A stretch of DNA of 64,000 bases from an uncultured delta proteobacterium (GTDB taxonomy: Bacteria > Desulfobacterota > Desulfomonilia > UBA1062), in NCBI GenBank assembly GCA_963785235.1, contig CAWAUM010000001.1, forward strand, positions 288,001-352,000. Reading direction: 5' to 3'. Shown in pieces: positions 10,169-20,583 of this stretch. The first letter of the stretch is position 1, and the number at the start of each line of letters is the position of its first letter. Below the pieces are notes generated by a model. It saw nothing but the letters and a program-made list of their open reading frames with translations, had not been told where the DNA came from and ran no database searches. Both the position numbers and the translations under genes were made by a program.

Positions 10169-11637
10169 CTATCTCCGACGTCCTCCGAAGAGCGAACCGA
10201 GCACACCTCGAATGATCTGCCTGCCGATCTGGCTGCCGATGGCATGGGAGGCGCTTTTTGCCATTGCCGCAAAGAGGTCTCCGGCCTGGGATTGCTCTTT
10301 GGGCGCCGGTTGACGCTCTAAACGGGACGCTTGTGCTTCTTTCTCATCCGGCTCCGCGCCGGCCTTGAGCTTTTCATACGCCGATTCCCTGTCGATGATC
10401 TTCTCATAGTGGCCATAGATCACCGATCCTTTTATTATCCCGAGCCTTTCTTCCGGGGTCAGAGGAGTCAACCGGCTGTGAGGGGGGCAGATGAAGGCCC
10501 GTTCCACGATTGTCGGCGCCCCTTTCTCATCCAATACCGAGACCAGGGCTTCGCCCACTTCAAGCTCGGTGATGGCCTTTGCCACGTCCAGCTTGGGATC
10601 GGCGCGGAACGTTTCAGCAGCGGCCTTTACGCTTTTCTGATCCCTGGGAGTAAAGGCCCGCAGGGCATGCTGGACCCGGTTCCCCAGTTGCCCGAGAATG
10701 GTCTCCGGCAGATCGAGGGGATTCTGGGTGATGAAATAAACCCCCACACCCTTGGAGCGGATGAGGCGGACGACCTGCTCGATCTTTTCGGTCAGGACCT
10801 TCGGTGCATCGTCGAAGAGCAGGTGGGCTTCGTCGAAAAAGAACACTAATCCGGGTTTCTCCGGGTCCCCCACCTCGGGGAGCGTCTCGAACAGCTCGGA
10901 GAGCATCCAGAGCAGGAAGGTGGCATAAAGCTTGGGGGATTGCATCAGCTTATCGGCGGCGAGGATATTGATGACCCCTTTCCCCTTGGCGTCCGTCTGC
11001 ATGAGGTCCTGAAGATTCAGGGCGGGCTCTCCGAAGAACTTGTCCCCTCCCTGTTCCTCGAGGGACAAGAGGCCTCGCTGGATGGCGCCGATACTGGCGG
11101 CGGAGATGTTTCCGTACTGGGTCTTGAACTGTTCCGCCTGATCGCCCACAAACTTGGAGCATGGACCGCAGGTCTTTCAGATCGAGCAGGAGAAGGCCGT
11201 TGTCATCGGCGATCTTGAATACGAGGGTAAGGACGCCGCTCTGAATTTCATTGAGCATCAGGATGCGGCTGAGAAGCAGCGGGCCCATGTCGGAAACGGT
11301 GGTGCGAACCGGATGGCCCTGCTCCCCGAAGACATCCCAGAAGGCCACAGGGAATCCCTCGAAAGCTGAAATCTTTGAGGCCCAATTTCTGGATCCGCTC
11401 TTTTACCTTGGGGTTTTCGCCGCCGGGAAAAGGCAGCCCGGAGAGGTCGCCCTTCACATCCGCCATAAAAACCGGCATCCCGATGGCGCTGAACTGTTCG
11501 GCCAATGTCCGCAGGGTGATCGTTTTTCCCGTGCCCGTTGCCCCGGCTATAAGTCCATGGCGGTTGGCCATTTTGGGGATGATGGCAATTTCCGAGTGTG
11601 CCTTGGCAATCAGGAGAGGATTAGGATTTGTGCCCAT
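10169..11637 (-). CDS. DUF853/YjgR HerA-like ATPase; two apparent frameshifts (~11363, ~11154)
   Basis: [50 protein letters not shown] across three consecutive frames. Confidence 0.85.
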
Positions 11638-11775
11638 CTTGACCTCCTCAATTCTTCATAGGGAATATATAAGGGAAGAGAGAACCAAGTCAACGCAGTA
11701 GATCGCTCTGCAAGTATTCATCCTCTTTGTGGTTTCAGGTGTTGCCAAACGAGGCACTCAAGATCCGGATAAGGA

Positions 11776-11810
11776 AAAAGCCCGGGAACCATGCTGATTC
11801 CCGGGCTTTT
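11776..11810 (-). terminator. Intrinsic terminator downstream of the tRNA pair
   Basis: AAAAGCCCGGGAA...TTCCCGGGCTTTT with A/T tracts on both sides. Confidence 0.8.
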
Positions 11811-11814
11811 AAAC

Positions 11815-11890
11815 TGGTAGTCCCAAGGGGAATTGAACCCCTGTTTACGGCGTGAGAGGCCGTTGTCCTAGGCCACTAGACGATGGGACC
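11815..11890 (-). tRNA. tRNA-Glu(CTC)
   Basis: GGTCCCATCGTCTAGTGG...ACGGC-CT-CTC-AC-GCCGT...GGTTCAATTCC...CCA. Confidence 0.95.
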
Positions 11891-11901
11891 GCACACTACT
11901 C

Positions 11902-11975
11902 TGGCTGGGGGACTAGGATTCGAACCTAGATAAACGGAGTCAGAGTCCGCTGTCTTACCGTTGGACGATCCCCCA
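11902..11975 (-). tRNA. tRNA-Gln(CTG)
   Basis: TGGGGGATCGTCCAACGG...GCGGA-CT-CTG-AC-TCCGT...GGTTCGAATCC...CCA. Confidence 0.95.
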
Positions 11976-12079
11976 GTGCATCTAGCTCTTCTAACGGCTG
12001 AACAAAGGCTTGTCAAGGTGTTTTTCTCTTGTCGTTATTCCGGTTGGAGCATGTCCTGGAGCGGCTTTAAAGACATTTC

Positions 12080-12095
12080 AGGCATGGAGCTTGCT
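12080..12095 (+). promoter_or_regulatory. Possible sigma54 (-24/-12) promoter
   Basis: AGGCAT-GGAGC-TTGCT; correct GG-N10-GC spacing, about 85 nt before the ATG. Confidence 0.4.
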
Positions 12096-12179
12096 CGTTA
12101 ATGGGAAATGATTAATCTCCATGCTAGGATTTGAGCAAAAGACCTTGTATTGCTCATTAGTCAATGTTATTCAAATTAT

Positions 12180-13400
12180 ATGACCATCAAGGACGACAAA
12201 CTCTATATCGTGATGGTGGGTCTGCCTTCCCAGGGCAAATCCACCGTGGCCTATCGGATGCAGGACATCTTCAAGAAGAACTCCATCCCCACCATGATCT
12301 ACAACAATGGGGAGTTGCGGAGGAAGTACGCGCCTGCAGACACCTGGATGTCAAGCTTCTACAACCCCCAGAATCAGGAGGCCATGGAGCTGAGAAGAAA
12401 GTTTGCCCTCATGAACATGAAACGCGCAAGGCAATACCTGAAGAATAAAGGCCATGTGGCCATACTGGACGCAACGAACGTCAGCCGGTCCAGGCGCAAG
12501 CTGATCGAGGAGAACCTGAAGGACCACCCCATACTCTATATCGAGTGCATCAACAATGATGAGGATATCGTGAATGTAAGCATCAGCCACAAGGTGCGCG
12601 TGCCGGAATTTTCAATGCTCAGCGAAGAACTGGCGGTTAAGGAATTCAAGAAGAGGATTGAATATTACCGGATGATCTATGATCCCCTTCATGCGGAGCG
12701 GAATTTTATTTCCATGGACACCCTGCACAACCGGGTTCTGTCCGAGCAGATCGAAGATCAGCTCCCACTCTATTCCCGCATCAGAGACTGCCTGGTGACC
12801 GATGTAGTGAAAAGTCTCTTCCTCATCCGTCACACCGAGACCTTCTTCAATGTGGAAGACCGCATCGGCGGCGACCCGGACCTCACCCCCAGGGGAAGGG
12901 AACAGGCAAATGCCCTTGGCCGGTTTTTCAGGAACAAGAAGATATCCTACATCTTCACGAGCGAGAAGAAACGGACAATCCAGACGGCCAAGGCCATCAA
13001 GGCCCTCCAGCATGATTGCACTATCGTGCGTCTGGGAGAGTTTAACGAGATCCATGCAGGTATCTGCGAGGGCATGACCTATGACGAGATCCAGCGTTTC
13101 AAGCCTGATATCCATTCCGCCCGCAAGGCGGACAAGTACAACTATGTCTACCCTGATGGAGAGGGTTACGGCACCATGAAGGAGCGGATCAAGATGGGCA
13201 TTAAAAAGGCCTTCTATCTGAATCAGAGGCCCGACAACATCATGATCATCGGTCATAGGGCTGTTAACCGCATGATCCTCTCGCACTTTCTGTACCGCAG
13301 GGAAGAGGATGTGCCCTACATCTACATACCCCAGGACAAGTTCTACCATATTGTGGCAACCCAGGATCGAAAGGTGTTCGAGCTGAATAAGTACGAGTAG
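12180..13400 (+). CDS. Bifunctional 6-phosphofructo-2-kinase/fructose-2,6-bisphosphatase-like protein
   Basis: Kinase half: MVGLPSQGKST, NGELRR, DATN, FKKRIEYY. Histidine phosphatase half: RHTET, RIGGD, KRTIQTA, NEIHAGICEGMTYDEI, DKYNYVYPDGE, GHRAVNR. Confidence 0.85.
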   Translation: MTIKDDKLYIVMVGLPSQGKSTVAYRMQDIFKKNSIPTMIYNNGELRRKYAPADTWMSSFYNPQNQEAMELRRKFALMNMKRARQYLKNKGHVAILDATNVSRSRRKLIEENLKDHPILYIECINNDEDIVNVSISHKVRVPEFSMLSEELAVKEFKKRIEYYRMIYDPLHAERNFISMDTLHNRVLSEQIEDQLPLYSRIRDCLVTDVVKSLFLIRHTETFFNVEDRIGGDPDLTPRGREQANALGRFFRNKKISYIFTSEKKRTIQTAKAIKALQHDCTIVRLGEFNEIHAGICEGMTYDEIQRFKPDIHSARKADKYNYVYPDGEGYGTMKERIKMGIKKAFYLNQRPDNIMIIGHRAVNRMILSHFLYRREEDVPYIYIPQDKFYHIVATQDRKVFELNKYE

Positions 13401-13411
13401 GTATCAGGGGC

Positions 13412-14440
13412 TCAGGTAGCCTTTTCCATGGATTCAAGCGTCTTGACCATGGTGGATGCAGTTTCAAAATCAGGGTTGATTTTCAGGGCATTAATAAAGC
13501 ATTCCTTTGCCAGAAGGTTTTCTCCCATTTCGAGATAGGCCCTGCCCATGTTGAAGTGGATATTCTCATCGTTCGGATCGATCTTCACTGCCTTCTGATA
13601 AACCTTCACGGCATCTCCATGCCGGTTCTGTCTCCGATAGATTATCCCCAAGCTGTTGTATACGTTCGTGGTATCTGGGTTCAGCGAGATGATTTCATTG
13701 AAGATGCCCTCTGCCTTTTCATGCATGTCGCGCTCTAAAAAGATCTCGCCTGCCAGATTGAGATATTTTTCAGCCATAGCGTTGTCGCCCATCTTTACAA
13801 AGACTTCTGCCATGGCTTGGTAGGCCTTGGCGAACAGTTGGTTGATCTGGGTGGCCTTCCTGAAGGCTGCGATGGCATCATCATATTCGGATTTTGCAGT
13901 ATGGATGTACCCGATGTTGTAGTAGACCTCGGCCGATTCCAGAATGGCCAGGATGCTCTGATATTCCTTTATTGCGAGATCGAACAGACCTGCCTTTGTA
14001 TAGGTATCGCCCTTAACCAGGTAGGCCTTTGCCTTCTTGGTGGACGGGGTCATGTCGAATTCCAGGATCCGGTTTATCTTTTTATCAAGAATATCCATGC
14101 TGAGCGGTTCCACTAGGATGGCATTGACCCCGGATTCTCCGGCCTTGATGACATCACTGCGTGTTATCTCGGCAGTCCACAGGATAACGGGCGTATCCGA
14201 ATATTGTGAATCCGAGCGGATAAGTCTCAGCAGGGCCATGCCGTTCATCTCGGGCATATGCCACTGGGCAATGACAACACCGGGATTAACCCTTTTCTTC
14301 ATGATATCCCATCCGCCTGGCCCGTCATCGGCATGATCCATAGTGGTGAAGCCGAGCTTTGTCAGCATGGTTGATACGTTCTTGTGAAAGAAGGTGTTGG
14401 GTCCAATGATAAGGATTCGAATCCCTGGGGCGTTTGCCAT
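13412..14440 (-). CDS. Degenerate receiver domain plus TPR-repeat protein
   Basis: Start MANAPGIRIL after GGAGG; CheY-like N-terminus (WHMPEMNG) followed by several TPRs (YYNIG, YNSLGIIYRRQ, HFNMGRAY). Confidence 0.85.
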   Translation of the reverse strand: MANAPGIRILIIGPNTFFHKNVSTMLTKLGFTTMDHADDGPGGWDIMKKRVNPGVVIAQWHMPEMNGMALLRLIRSDSQYSDTPVILWTAEITRSDVIKAGESGVNAILVEPLSMDILDKKINRILEFDMTPSTKKAKAYLVKGDTYTKAGLFDLAIKEYQSILAILESAEVYYNIGYIHTAKSEYDDAIAAFRKATQINQLFAKAYQAMAEVFVKMGDNAMAEKYLNLAGEIFLERDMHEKAEGIFNEIISLNPDTTNVYNSLGIIYRRQNRHGDAVKVYQKAVKIDPNDENIHFNMGRAYLEMGENLLAKECFINALKINPDFETASTMVKTLESMEKAT

Positions 14441-14451
14441 AGATGATCCTC

Positions 14452-15485
14452 CTAGAAACGTCTGGTTAAGCCGATGCAGGCATGAGAGCTCTTCTGTTTG
14501 ATCTTTGCATTGATGGTAATCCCGGAGCCTGTATCGTTGCCGGAAGTAGCAGGGTCGTCTCCATACCAGTACTGATCCATATGGCCTTCCGTATCGATCC
14601 TGGTAAAGGCGTACCTGAGGAGATGAACCAGTTGCCGGTGATCTTGAAGAGACTTGAAAACGAGGCTTGATAGCCTGTCCCTGAAGTGGACGTGTATGAG
14701 ACCCGGTTGCGTTTGAGATGCTCGTCCTCATCCTTTGCATAAACAAGGGGGAGCGCGCAGGCCTCAAGGGTGATGATGAAAGTGTCTTCGATCCTGGTCT
14801 TCAGGGCAAGACCTAGGGAAAATATATTATAGTTCACCGAGTAGATAGATGTAGGCCCTGATATGTTGCCTGTCTGGTTCTCCCAGGGGCCATACCCGAC
14901 CTGGCGTGTGTTGTAAGCCCTGTAATCAAATTCCTCAAACCGGTAGCCGGCGGTAAAACCCCCAGAGATGAACCTGGTGCGCAATGGGAAGATACGCGAT
15001 TGAAGGGCACATAAGAGTACCTTGGAATCGAGGTCATTTTCCGAATAGATATCCACACCGGCATGGGTTTGCGCTCCCCTTTCATCGAGGTAATCGAAGT
15101 CCTTCATGGGGTTGTGATTCGACACCCAAGGTGTTGCAGCGATGCTGAACTCAGCTTCAAAGATGTCACGGGCCCACAGACCGACCCTGATGCCGATGGT
15201 CCTTGCATCCATGGGCCACTCTAGTTTGCTGCGGCCACCATTGAAGGTCGTTAGATTAGAGCTCTTCCCTGTTATGTCGACGGCTTCAAGCGAGATAGTG
15301 CCTTGATATTCAAAAGCATGAACAGATGAGTATAAAGATACAACCGTGAGCACCGAAAAAATCAGGACAAGGAATGAAAGCGATAAGGATTTTAGCCCCT
15401 TGTACACTAGTAGTCTTCCACTGTTTTCAGAAGGGATGGACTTGGTCTGCGTTGTTGTATGCGCCGATGTATAATCCTGATTCAA
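14452..15485 (-). CDS. Omptin-family outer membrane protease; one apparent frameshift (~14611); start uncertain
   Basis: SKLEWPMD, MKDFDY, DEDEHLKR; the alternative frame continues AFTRIDTEGHMDQYWYG...IGLTRRF-stop, ending in Phe as beta-barrels usually do. Confidence 0.7.
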
Positions 15486-15589
15486 TCTTAATTCCGCTAA
15501 TTCTTTTTATACAAGGGTTAGCATGATCGGTTTTTGTCAGGCAAGAAGATTTGTAGGTTGAAGCGCCCTGATATCAATAATACAAGGAT

Positions 15590-17647
15590 TTGATTTTCAT
15601 GTCCCGGATTCCGATAAGAAGCCAAGTGAGCACATATCGGTCAGATGAAATATCAATTGATCATATTCGACAGATCACAGAATCTTGTCGGGATACGATA
15701 GAAAAAGACCACAAGGACGTCGAGGACCGATATCGAGCACTCTTCGAACGGTCCCTCTTTTATGTCTATGTGCATGACTTCGATGGTAATTATATTGATG
15801 CAAACAAGACCACACTGGATACCCTGGGCTATACCTTGGACGAGCTCAAGGGGCTTCAATTCAGATCGCTCATCACGAAGGATCAGTATCCCCTTGCGCG
15901 TAAGGTCCTTGAAGAGATCATGAACAATGGTACCCAGGAGGGGTTGAGTGAGTTTACGCTCACCAGGAAAGACGGTACAACGCTTACCATTGAATCCAAT
16001 GGCGCGCTTATCTTCCATGGCGGCAAGCCCTATGCCATCCAGGGTGTGGCAAGGGATATAACCGAGCGAAAGCTGGCTGAAGAAGCCCTGAAGGAGAGCG
16101 AAAACAGGTACCGCACCGTTTTCGAGAACGTCAGTGACTTCCTCATCATCCATGAACTGAACGGTACCATCATGGAGACCAATATCGCATCGATTCAAAG
16201 CAGCGGGTACACATCAGACGACTTCAAGGGCATGAACATACGAGACCTTATCCCGGTAAAGTACCGGGATGGATTCAATGAATATCTGCATAGGGTTGTG
16301 GAAAACGGCCGTGACGAAGGGCTCCTGCGCGTCAGGACAAAAGACGGTGATGACAAGATTGTGGAATACAGGAACGTCCTTATCCGCCATATGGACGCAA
16401 GCCCGTGGTATATCCAGGGATCGGCCAGGGACATCACCGAGCAGGTCAAGGCGCAGAAGGCACTGAAGGAGAGTAAAGAGAAGTACCGGAATATCATTGA
16501 AAACATGCAGGAGGGCTATTTCGAGGTGGATCTGGCCGGCAGCTTCACCTTCTTCAACCATGTCATATGCGACAACCTCGGCTATACCGCCGAAGAGCTT
16601 GCCGGAATGAACTACCAGGACTACATGGATGAAGAGAATGCCCGGAAGGTCTTTGATCAGTTTCACCAGGTCTTCCGGACGGGCAAGTCCATCAAGGCCT
16701 TTGAGTGGGAGCAGATACGAAAGAACGGCAACCCCATGTATGTTGAGGCATCCATCATGCTCATCAGGAACGCACGGGGAGATCCGGAAGGATTCCAAGG
16801 CATTGTCCGCGACATCACCGAGCGCAAGGAGGCTGAGAATGAGCGGGTCCGTCAGGAGCTGCGCCTCTTGCAGGCCCAGAAGATGGAGGCCATCGGTACG
16901 CTGTCCAGCGGCATAGCCCATGACTTCAATAACATGCTCTCGGGCATCATGGGATACGGCGAGCTGCTCAATCGTGAACTGGAAGCCGGCAGCCGTACAC
17001 GTGCATACTGCGAGCAGATCCTCAGTGCGAGCATGCGGGCGCGGGACCTTGTTGCGCAGATCCTCTCGTTCAGTCGATCATATAAGGCCGTCAGAGAGCC
17101 TGTAGAGATATATCCCCTCGTGGAGGATGCACTCAAGCTCCTTCACGCAAGTATACCCACAACCATCGAGATTGTGAGCTCCATTGACACCCATTCAGGA
17201 ATGGTCTGCGGCGATCCCACGGAGATACACCAGATCGTCATGAATCTCTGCATGAATGCCTTCCATTCAATGGAAAAAAAGGGCGGGGTCTTAAGGGTGG
17301 ATATGTATCCCATGATCCTTGATGGGCATTTCATTGCACGCTATCCCAGGCTTAATAACGGCCCTCATGTGGTGCTCTCGGTGAGTGATACGGGGTGCGG
17401 TATTGATGAGGAGACCAGAAAGCATATCTTCGAGCCTTTCTTCACCACCAAGGAGCAGGGAAAAGGCACGGGGCTGGGCCTGGCTACGGTCCATCGCATC
17501 GTGAGCGCCCTCAATGGCGAGATCACCCTTGAGAGCACCTTGAACAAAGGGAGCACCTTCACTATCTACCTGCCGTGCGTCAGCCAGGGACAGAAAGAGG
17601 CCCGGGTGAAGCATCCGGATTCCGAATCAGACATTGCCAGCAGTTGA
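15590..17647 (+). CDS. Cytoplasmic sensor histidine kinase with three PAS domains
   Basis: Three PAS/PAC units ending RDITE; [39 protein letters not shown]; no receiver domain. Confidence 0.92.
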   Translation: MIFMSRIPIRSQVSTYRSDEISIDHIRQITESCRDTIEKDHKDVEDRYRALFERSLFYVYVHDFDGNYIDANKTTLDTLGYTLDELKGLQFRSLITKDQYPLARKVLEEIMNNGTQEGLSEFTLTRKDGTTLTIESNGALIFHGGKPYAIQGVARDITERKLAEEALKESENRYRTVFENVSDFLIIHELNGTIMETNIASIQSSGYTSDDFKGMNIRDLIPVKYRDGFNEYLHRVVENGRDEGLLRVRTKDGDDKIVEYRNVLIRHMDASPWYIQGSARDITEQVKAQKALKESKEKYRNIIENMQEGYFEVDLAGSFTFFNHVICDNLGYTAEELAGMNYQDYMDEENARKVFDQFHQVFRTGKSIKAFEWEQIRKNGNPMYVEASIMLIRNARGDPEGFQGIVRDITERKEAENERVRQELRLLQAQKMEAIGTLSSGIAHDFNNMLSGIMGYGELLNRELEAGSRTRAYCEQILSASMRARDLVAQILSFSRSYKAVREPVEIYPLVEDALKLLHASIPTTIEIVSSIDTHSGMVCGDPTEIHQIVMNLCMNAFHSMEKKGGVLRVDMYPMILDGHFIARYPRLNNGPHVVLSVSDTGCGIDEETRKHIFEPFFTTKEQGKGTGLGLATVHRIVSALNGEITLESTLNKGSTFTIYLPCVSQGQKEARVKHPDSESDIASS

Positions 17648-17735
17648 TGCCTTTCCACAGATTGTGCGTTTAAGAAGAGGAAAAAAACTGATCCGTTAAA
17701 AACTTGGTCTGTTAATTATGTATACATCCAAGCGA

Positions 17736-18503
17736 TTAAGACCTCCTGGTCATTCCCGCACCGCACACAGGGCATCCCTGCATGGATAAGGGCTGTTCCA
17801 GATGGCACTCCTCAAGGAGGGCGTCGTCCTGGAAGATATCCGCAGTCAAACCGTCCGAGCGAATCCGCCCGCCGAACAGGATGATGGTGCGGGGGCACAG
17901 ATCAAGCACCAGGTCCAGGTCGTGGGTAGCGATGATCTTGGTGTGGGTGAACTCCTTCAGGATCGCGATGATCTGCCTGCGGCCCAGGGGGTCGAGCCCG
18001 GTGGTTGGTTCGTCCAGCACGAGGATGTCGGGCGTCATGGAGAGCACCGTAGCTATGGCGGCCCTTCGCTTCTCCCCGGCCGAGAGCCTGTAGGGGGGCT
18101 TGTCCTTCAGGTGTGCGATGCCGAGGCGCTCCAGGGCATCTTTCACCCTTACCTCCACCTCTTCCCGGGGAAGGCCAAGATTGAACGGTCCGAAGGCCAC
18201 GTCATCGAAGACCGTGGGCATGAAGAGTTGATCGTCCGGGTCCTGGAAGATCATGCCCACGGTGCGTCTGACCTCGCGCAGAGTGTCTTTGGTGAGCGGG
18301 TAATCTCCTATGCGCACAATGCCTGTTGTGGGGGTGAGGTAGCCGTTTAAATGGTGCAGCAGGGTGGATTTACCTGCGCCATTGGGGCCCACGATAGCGA
18401 CCGACTCCCCGTGGGTGATGCGAAGGCCGATGTTATCAAGGGCCTTTGTCCCGTCCGGATAGACATGGGTGAGCCCCTTCACCTCGACGATGTGGTGGCT
18501 CAT
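17736..18503 (-). CDS. cbiO: ECF Ni/Co transporter ATPase
   Basis: GPNGAGKST, FQDPDDQLF, LSAGEKRR, LDEPT; ATGA overlap with cbiQ. Confidence 0.9.
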   Translation of the reverse strand: MSHHIVEVKGLTHVYPDGTKALDNIGLRITHGESVAIVGPNGAGKSTLLHHLNGYLTPTTGIVRIGDYPLTKDTLREVRRTVGMIFQDPDDQLFMPTVFDDVAFGPFNLGLPREEVEVRVKDALERLGIAHLKDKPPYRLSAGEKRRAAIATVLSMTPDILVLDEPTTGLDPLGRRQIIAILKEFTHTKIIATHDLDLVLDLCPRTIILFGGRIRSDGLTADIFQDDALLEECHLEQPLSMQGCPVCGAGMTRRS

Positions 18504-19312
18504 GATATCCCACCCATGATAAGTTTCCCCAGGACCTGGGGTAGATTGACAATCCTTAAGCCCATGAAGAGCAGGCACCAGAAGATCGTGAATGCTATGT
18601 CGGCCCTGCCGATACCCAGGGGTCTACGCAAGGGGAACTCGCCGGTGAAACCACGGGAGAGCATGGCCATATGGATGCGCTGCGCCCTGTGCCAGGTCCG
18701 AAGCAGAAGATGGCCTAAGAGGGAGCCATATACCCTGATGCCGAGACTCTGTCCGCCTACAGCCCGTAACTCCCTGGCCCTGGCCATTTGTACGCCCTCC
18801 GAGGTGAGTACAAAGATATACCGGTAGAGCATCATAAGTTGGACACTGAAGGCCTTAGGCACATGAAAACGCTCCAGGGCCATGCAGATTCCATTAAACC
18901 CGGTCACGGCAATGAGGATAAGTGCTGCGAGCACGGTCAGGGTAAACCGGATGAGGATCGAGACAAAGGAAACGACGCCGCCTGAAACGTGCAGTGTCCC
19001 CAGGGAAAACAGGATATGCCGGTCGTAGATGGGATTGAAAACGCCGATGAGCACGGCAAAGGGCAGGCCGAAGAGCAACTTTTTCACCAGGTAGCGTGCC
19101 GGTATCCGGGCAACAGGGATGATGACCGCAGGAAAGAAGAAAAAGGGGATGAGCCCGGAAACCTCGTATTTATTATATGATACGACACATGCCACGAAGA
19201 CAACAAAGGTGATGAGCTTGGCTCTGGGGTCGATGCGGTGCACCGGGCTGTCCATGCATGACAGGGTGTCGATGTAATTCAGGTCATAAAAGGTTCGGGC
19301 TATTTCAGCCAT
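18500..19312 (-). CDS. cbiQ: ECF Ni/Co transporter T component
   Basis: HRIDPRAK, YRYIFVL, ARELR, AMLSRGFTG. Confidence 0.9.
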   Translation of the reverse strand: MAEIARTFYDLNYIDTLSCMDSPVHRIDPRAKLITFVVFVACVVSYNKYEVSGLIPFFFFPAVIIPVARIPARYLVKKLLFGLPFAVLIGVFNPIYDRHILFSLGTLHVSGGVVSFVSILIRFTLTVLAALILIAVTGFNGICMALERFHVPKAFSVQLMMLYRYIFVLTSEGVQMARARELRAVGGQSLGIRVYGSLLGHLLLRTWHRAQRIHMAMLSRGFTGEFPLRRPLGIGRADIAFTIFWCLLFMGLRIVNLPQVLGKLIMGGIS

Positions 19313-19378
19313 GGCGTTGTGAATAGAGGTGCAGGGGAATCCTGAAGACTTCCCCTTATGGGTTCATGTGAAGGAATG

Positions 19379-20407
19379 TTAATGAGCACCTTTTGCCGAG
19401 AACCTCTTCAGGGTGAAACCCATGATGAAGGCAAGGAGCAGGACAAAGGTACCTCCCACGATGCCTGACACCGAAGTGCCGAGCCGGGCGGATTGACTCT
19501 CCTCCTGAGCCTCTGCGGCTGCAGCGGTGCCCTTGAACGAGTAGTCCGGCAGGAAGGCGGTCTTTTCCTGGATGGATGCGAGTTCGGAGTGTATGGCATC
19601 TTTCCCCTCAAGCTCCGCCTTTCCCGAGACCTTTTCCATGGACCACTCGAGTCCATCCGGGTATTCGGATGCATACCAGGAGACGAGGCCGCCGGTGATG
19701 AGCGCTGCTACAAGCAGGATGGCAAAGGTCGATTTTATGGGCATCCTTCCCGCGGGGGCCATCTTTAAGGACCCGCCCAGAATCTGGGGGCTTGCCTGCC
19801 AGACAAAGGAAACAACTGCGGTCGTTACAATGCCCTCCACTATCCCGATGGCCAGGTGGATGGGCTGCATGAACATCACAAAGGTGGAGAACGGCAGCTC
19901 TGTAATACCCGAAGCCAGTGTTTCAAGTACCACACCGAATGCTCCGAGCTGGAGGCCTATGATACCGGCGAGAGTCGCTCCAAGGGCAAGCCGACCCTGG
20001 GTAATCTCGTCTTTTACGATCTTCTTATAGATAAGGGGATAGGCGATGAAGGCGGGGAAGAAGCCGAGGTTGAAGATATTGCACCCGAGCGCCAGCAGCC
20101 CGCCGTCGGCAAAGAACAGGGCCTGCACAACAAGGACCGAGGCGATGACCAGGAAGGCTGCATAGGGGCCGAGTAGGATTGCCAGCAGCATGCCTCCACC
20201 CAGGTGACCGGATGAGCCTGTAGCCGGGATGGTGAAATTGATCATCTGAGCGGCAAAGACAAAGGCGCCCAGTACCCCCATGAGGGGAACCTTGCGCTCG
20301 TCAAGGTCTTCCTTCACCTTCTTCGAACAATACGCGATTAAAGCAGCAGAGGCCGCCCACATGGTTCCACCCACTGCAGGGGATATGAGTGCATCAGCCA
20401 TATGCAT
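19379..20407 (-). CDS. cbiM: ECF S component, fused CbiM/NikM-NikN (PDGLE domain)
   Basis: N-terminal MHMADAL metal-binding motif, GSSGHLGGG, ASEYPDGLEWS. Confidence 0.9.
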   Translation of the reverse strand: MHMADALISPAVGGTMWAASAALIAYCSKKVKEDLDERKVPLMGVLGAFVFAAQMINFTIPATGSSGHLGGGMLLAILLGPYAAFLVIASVLVVQALFFADGGLLALGCNIFNLGFFPAFIAYPLIYKKIVKDEITQGRLALGATLAGIIGLQLGAFGVVLETLASGITELPFSTFVMFMQPIHLAIGIVEGIVTTAVVSFVWQASPQILGGSLKMAPAGRMPIKSTFAILLVAALITGGLVSWYASEYPDGLEWSMEKVSGKAELEGKDAIHSELASIQEKTAFLPDYSFKGTAAAAEAQEESQSARLGTSVSGIVGGTFVLLLAFIMGFTLKRFSAKGAH

Positions 20408-20483
20408 AGGATTCTCGCTCCTTTCCGTAAGGTATTTCAATGCTCAACTGAAGAGCATCAAGGCTGACGAGTCATACGGTGAA

Positions 20484-20510
20484 GTAGCACAAAAAAAATA
20501 TTAGTGCCAC
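20484..20510. promoter_or_regulatory. Putative NikR operator
   Basis: GTAGCAC-N13(AT-rich)-GTGCCAC imperfect palindrome between nikR and the transporter. Confidence 0.6.
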
Positions 20511-20583
20511 AAAAAAATGAAGAATTTGACCGGAGTGACACGATAATAGGGTGATCAGGGAGTGATGCCTGGATGAGGAGGAT

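Noticed and set aside
11760-11774. 15-mer AAGATCCGGATAAGG also present near 60772, REP-like
   Set aside because: Only two copies, no partner hairpin, and a match of this length is plausible by chance in 64 kb
13412-14767. 109-aa N-terminal extension on the TPR protein
   Set aside because: It overlaps the omptin C-terminus; a strong RBS supports the start at 14440
20410-20580. Cobalamin riboswitch upstream of cbiM
   Set aside because: No B12-box-like sequence was seen; the adjacent nikR and palindrome point to nickel control
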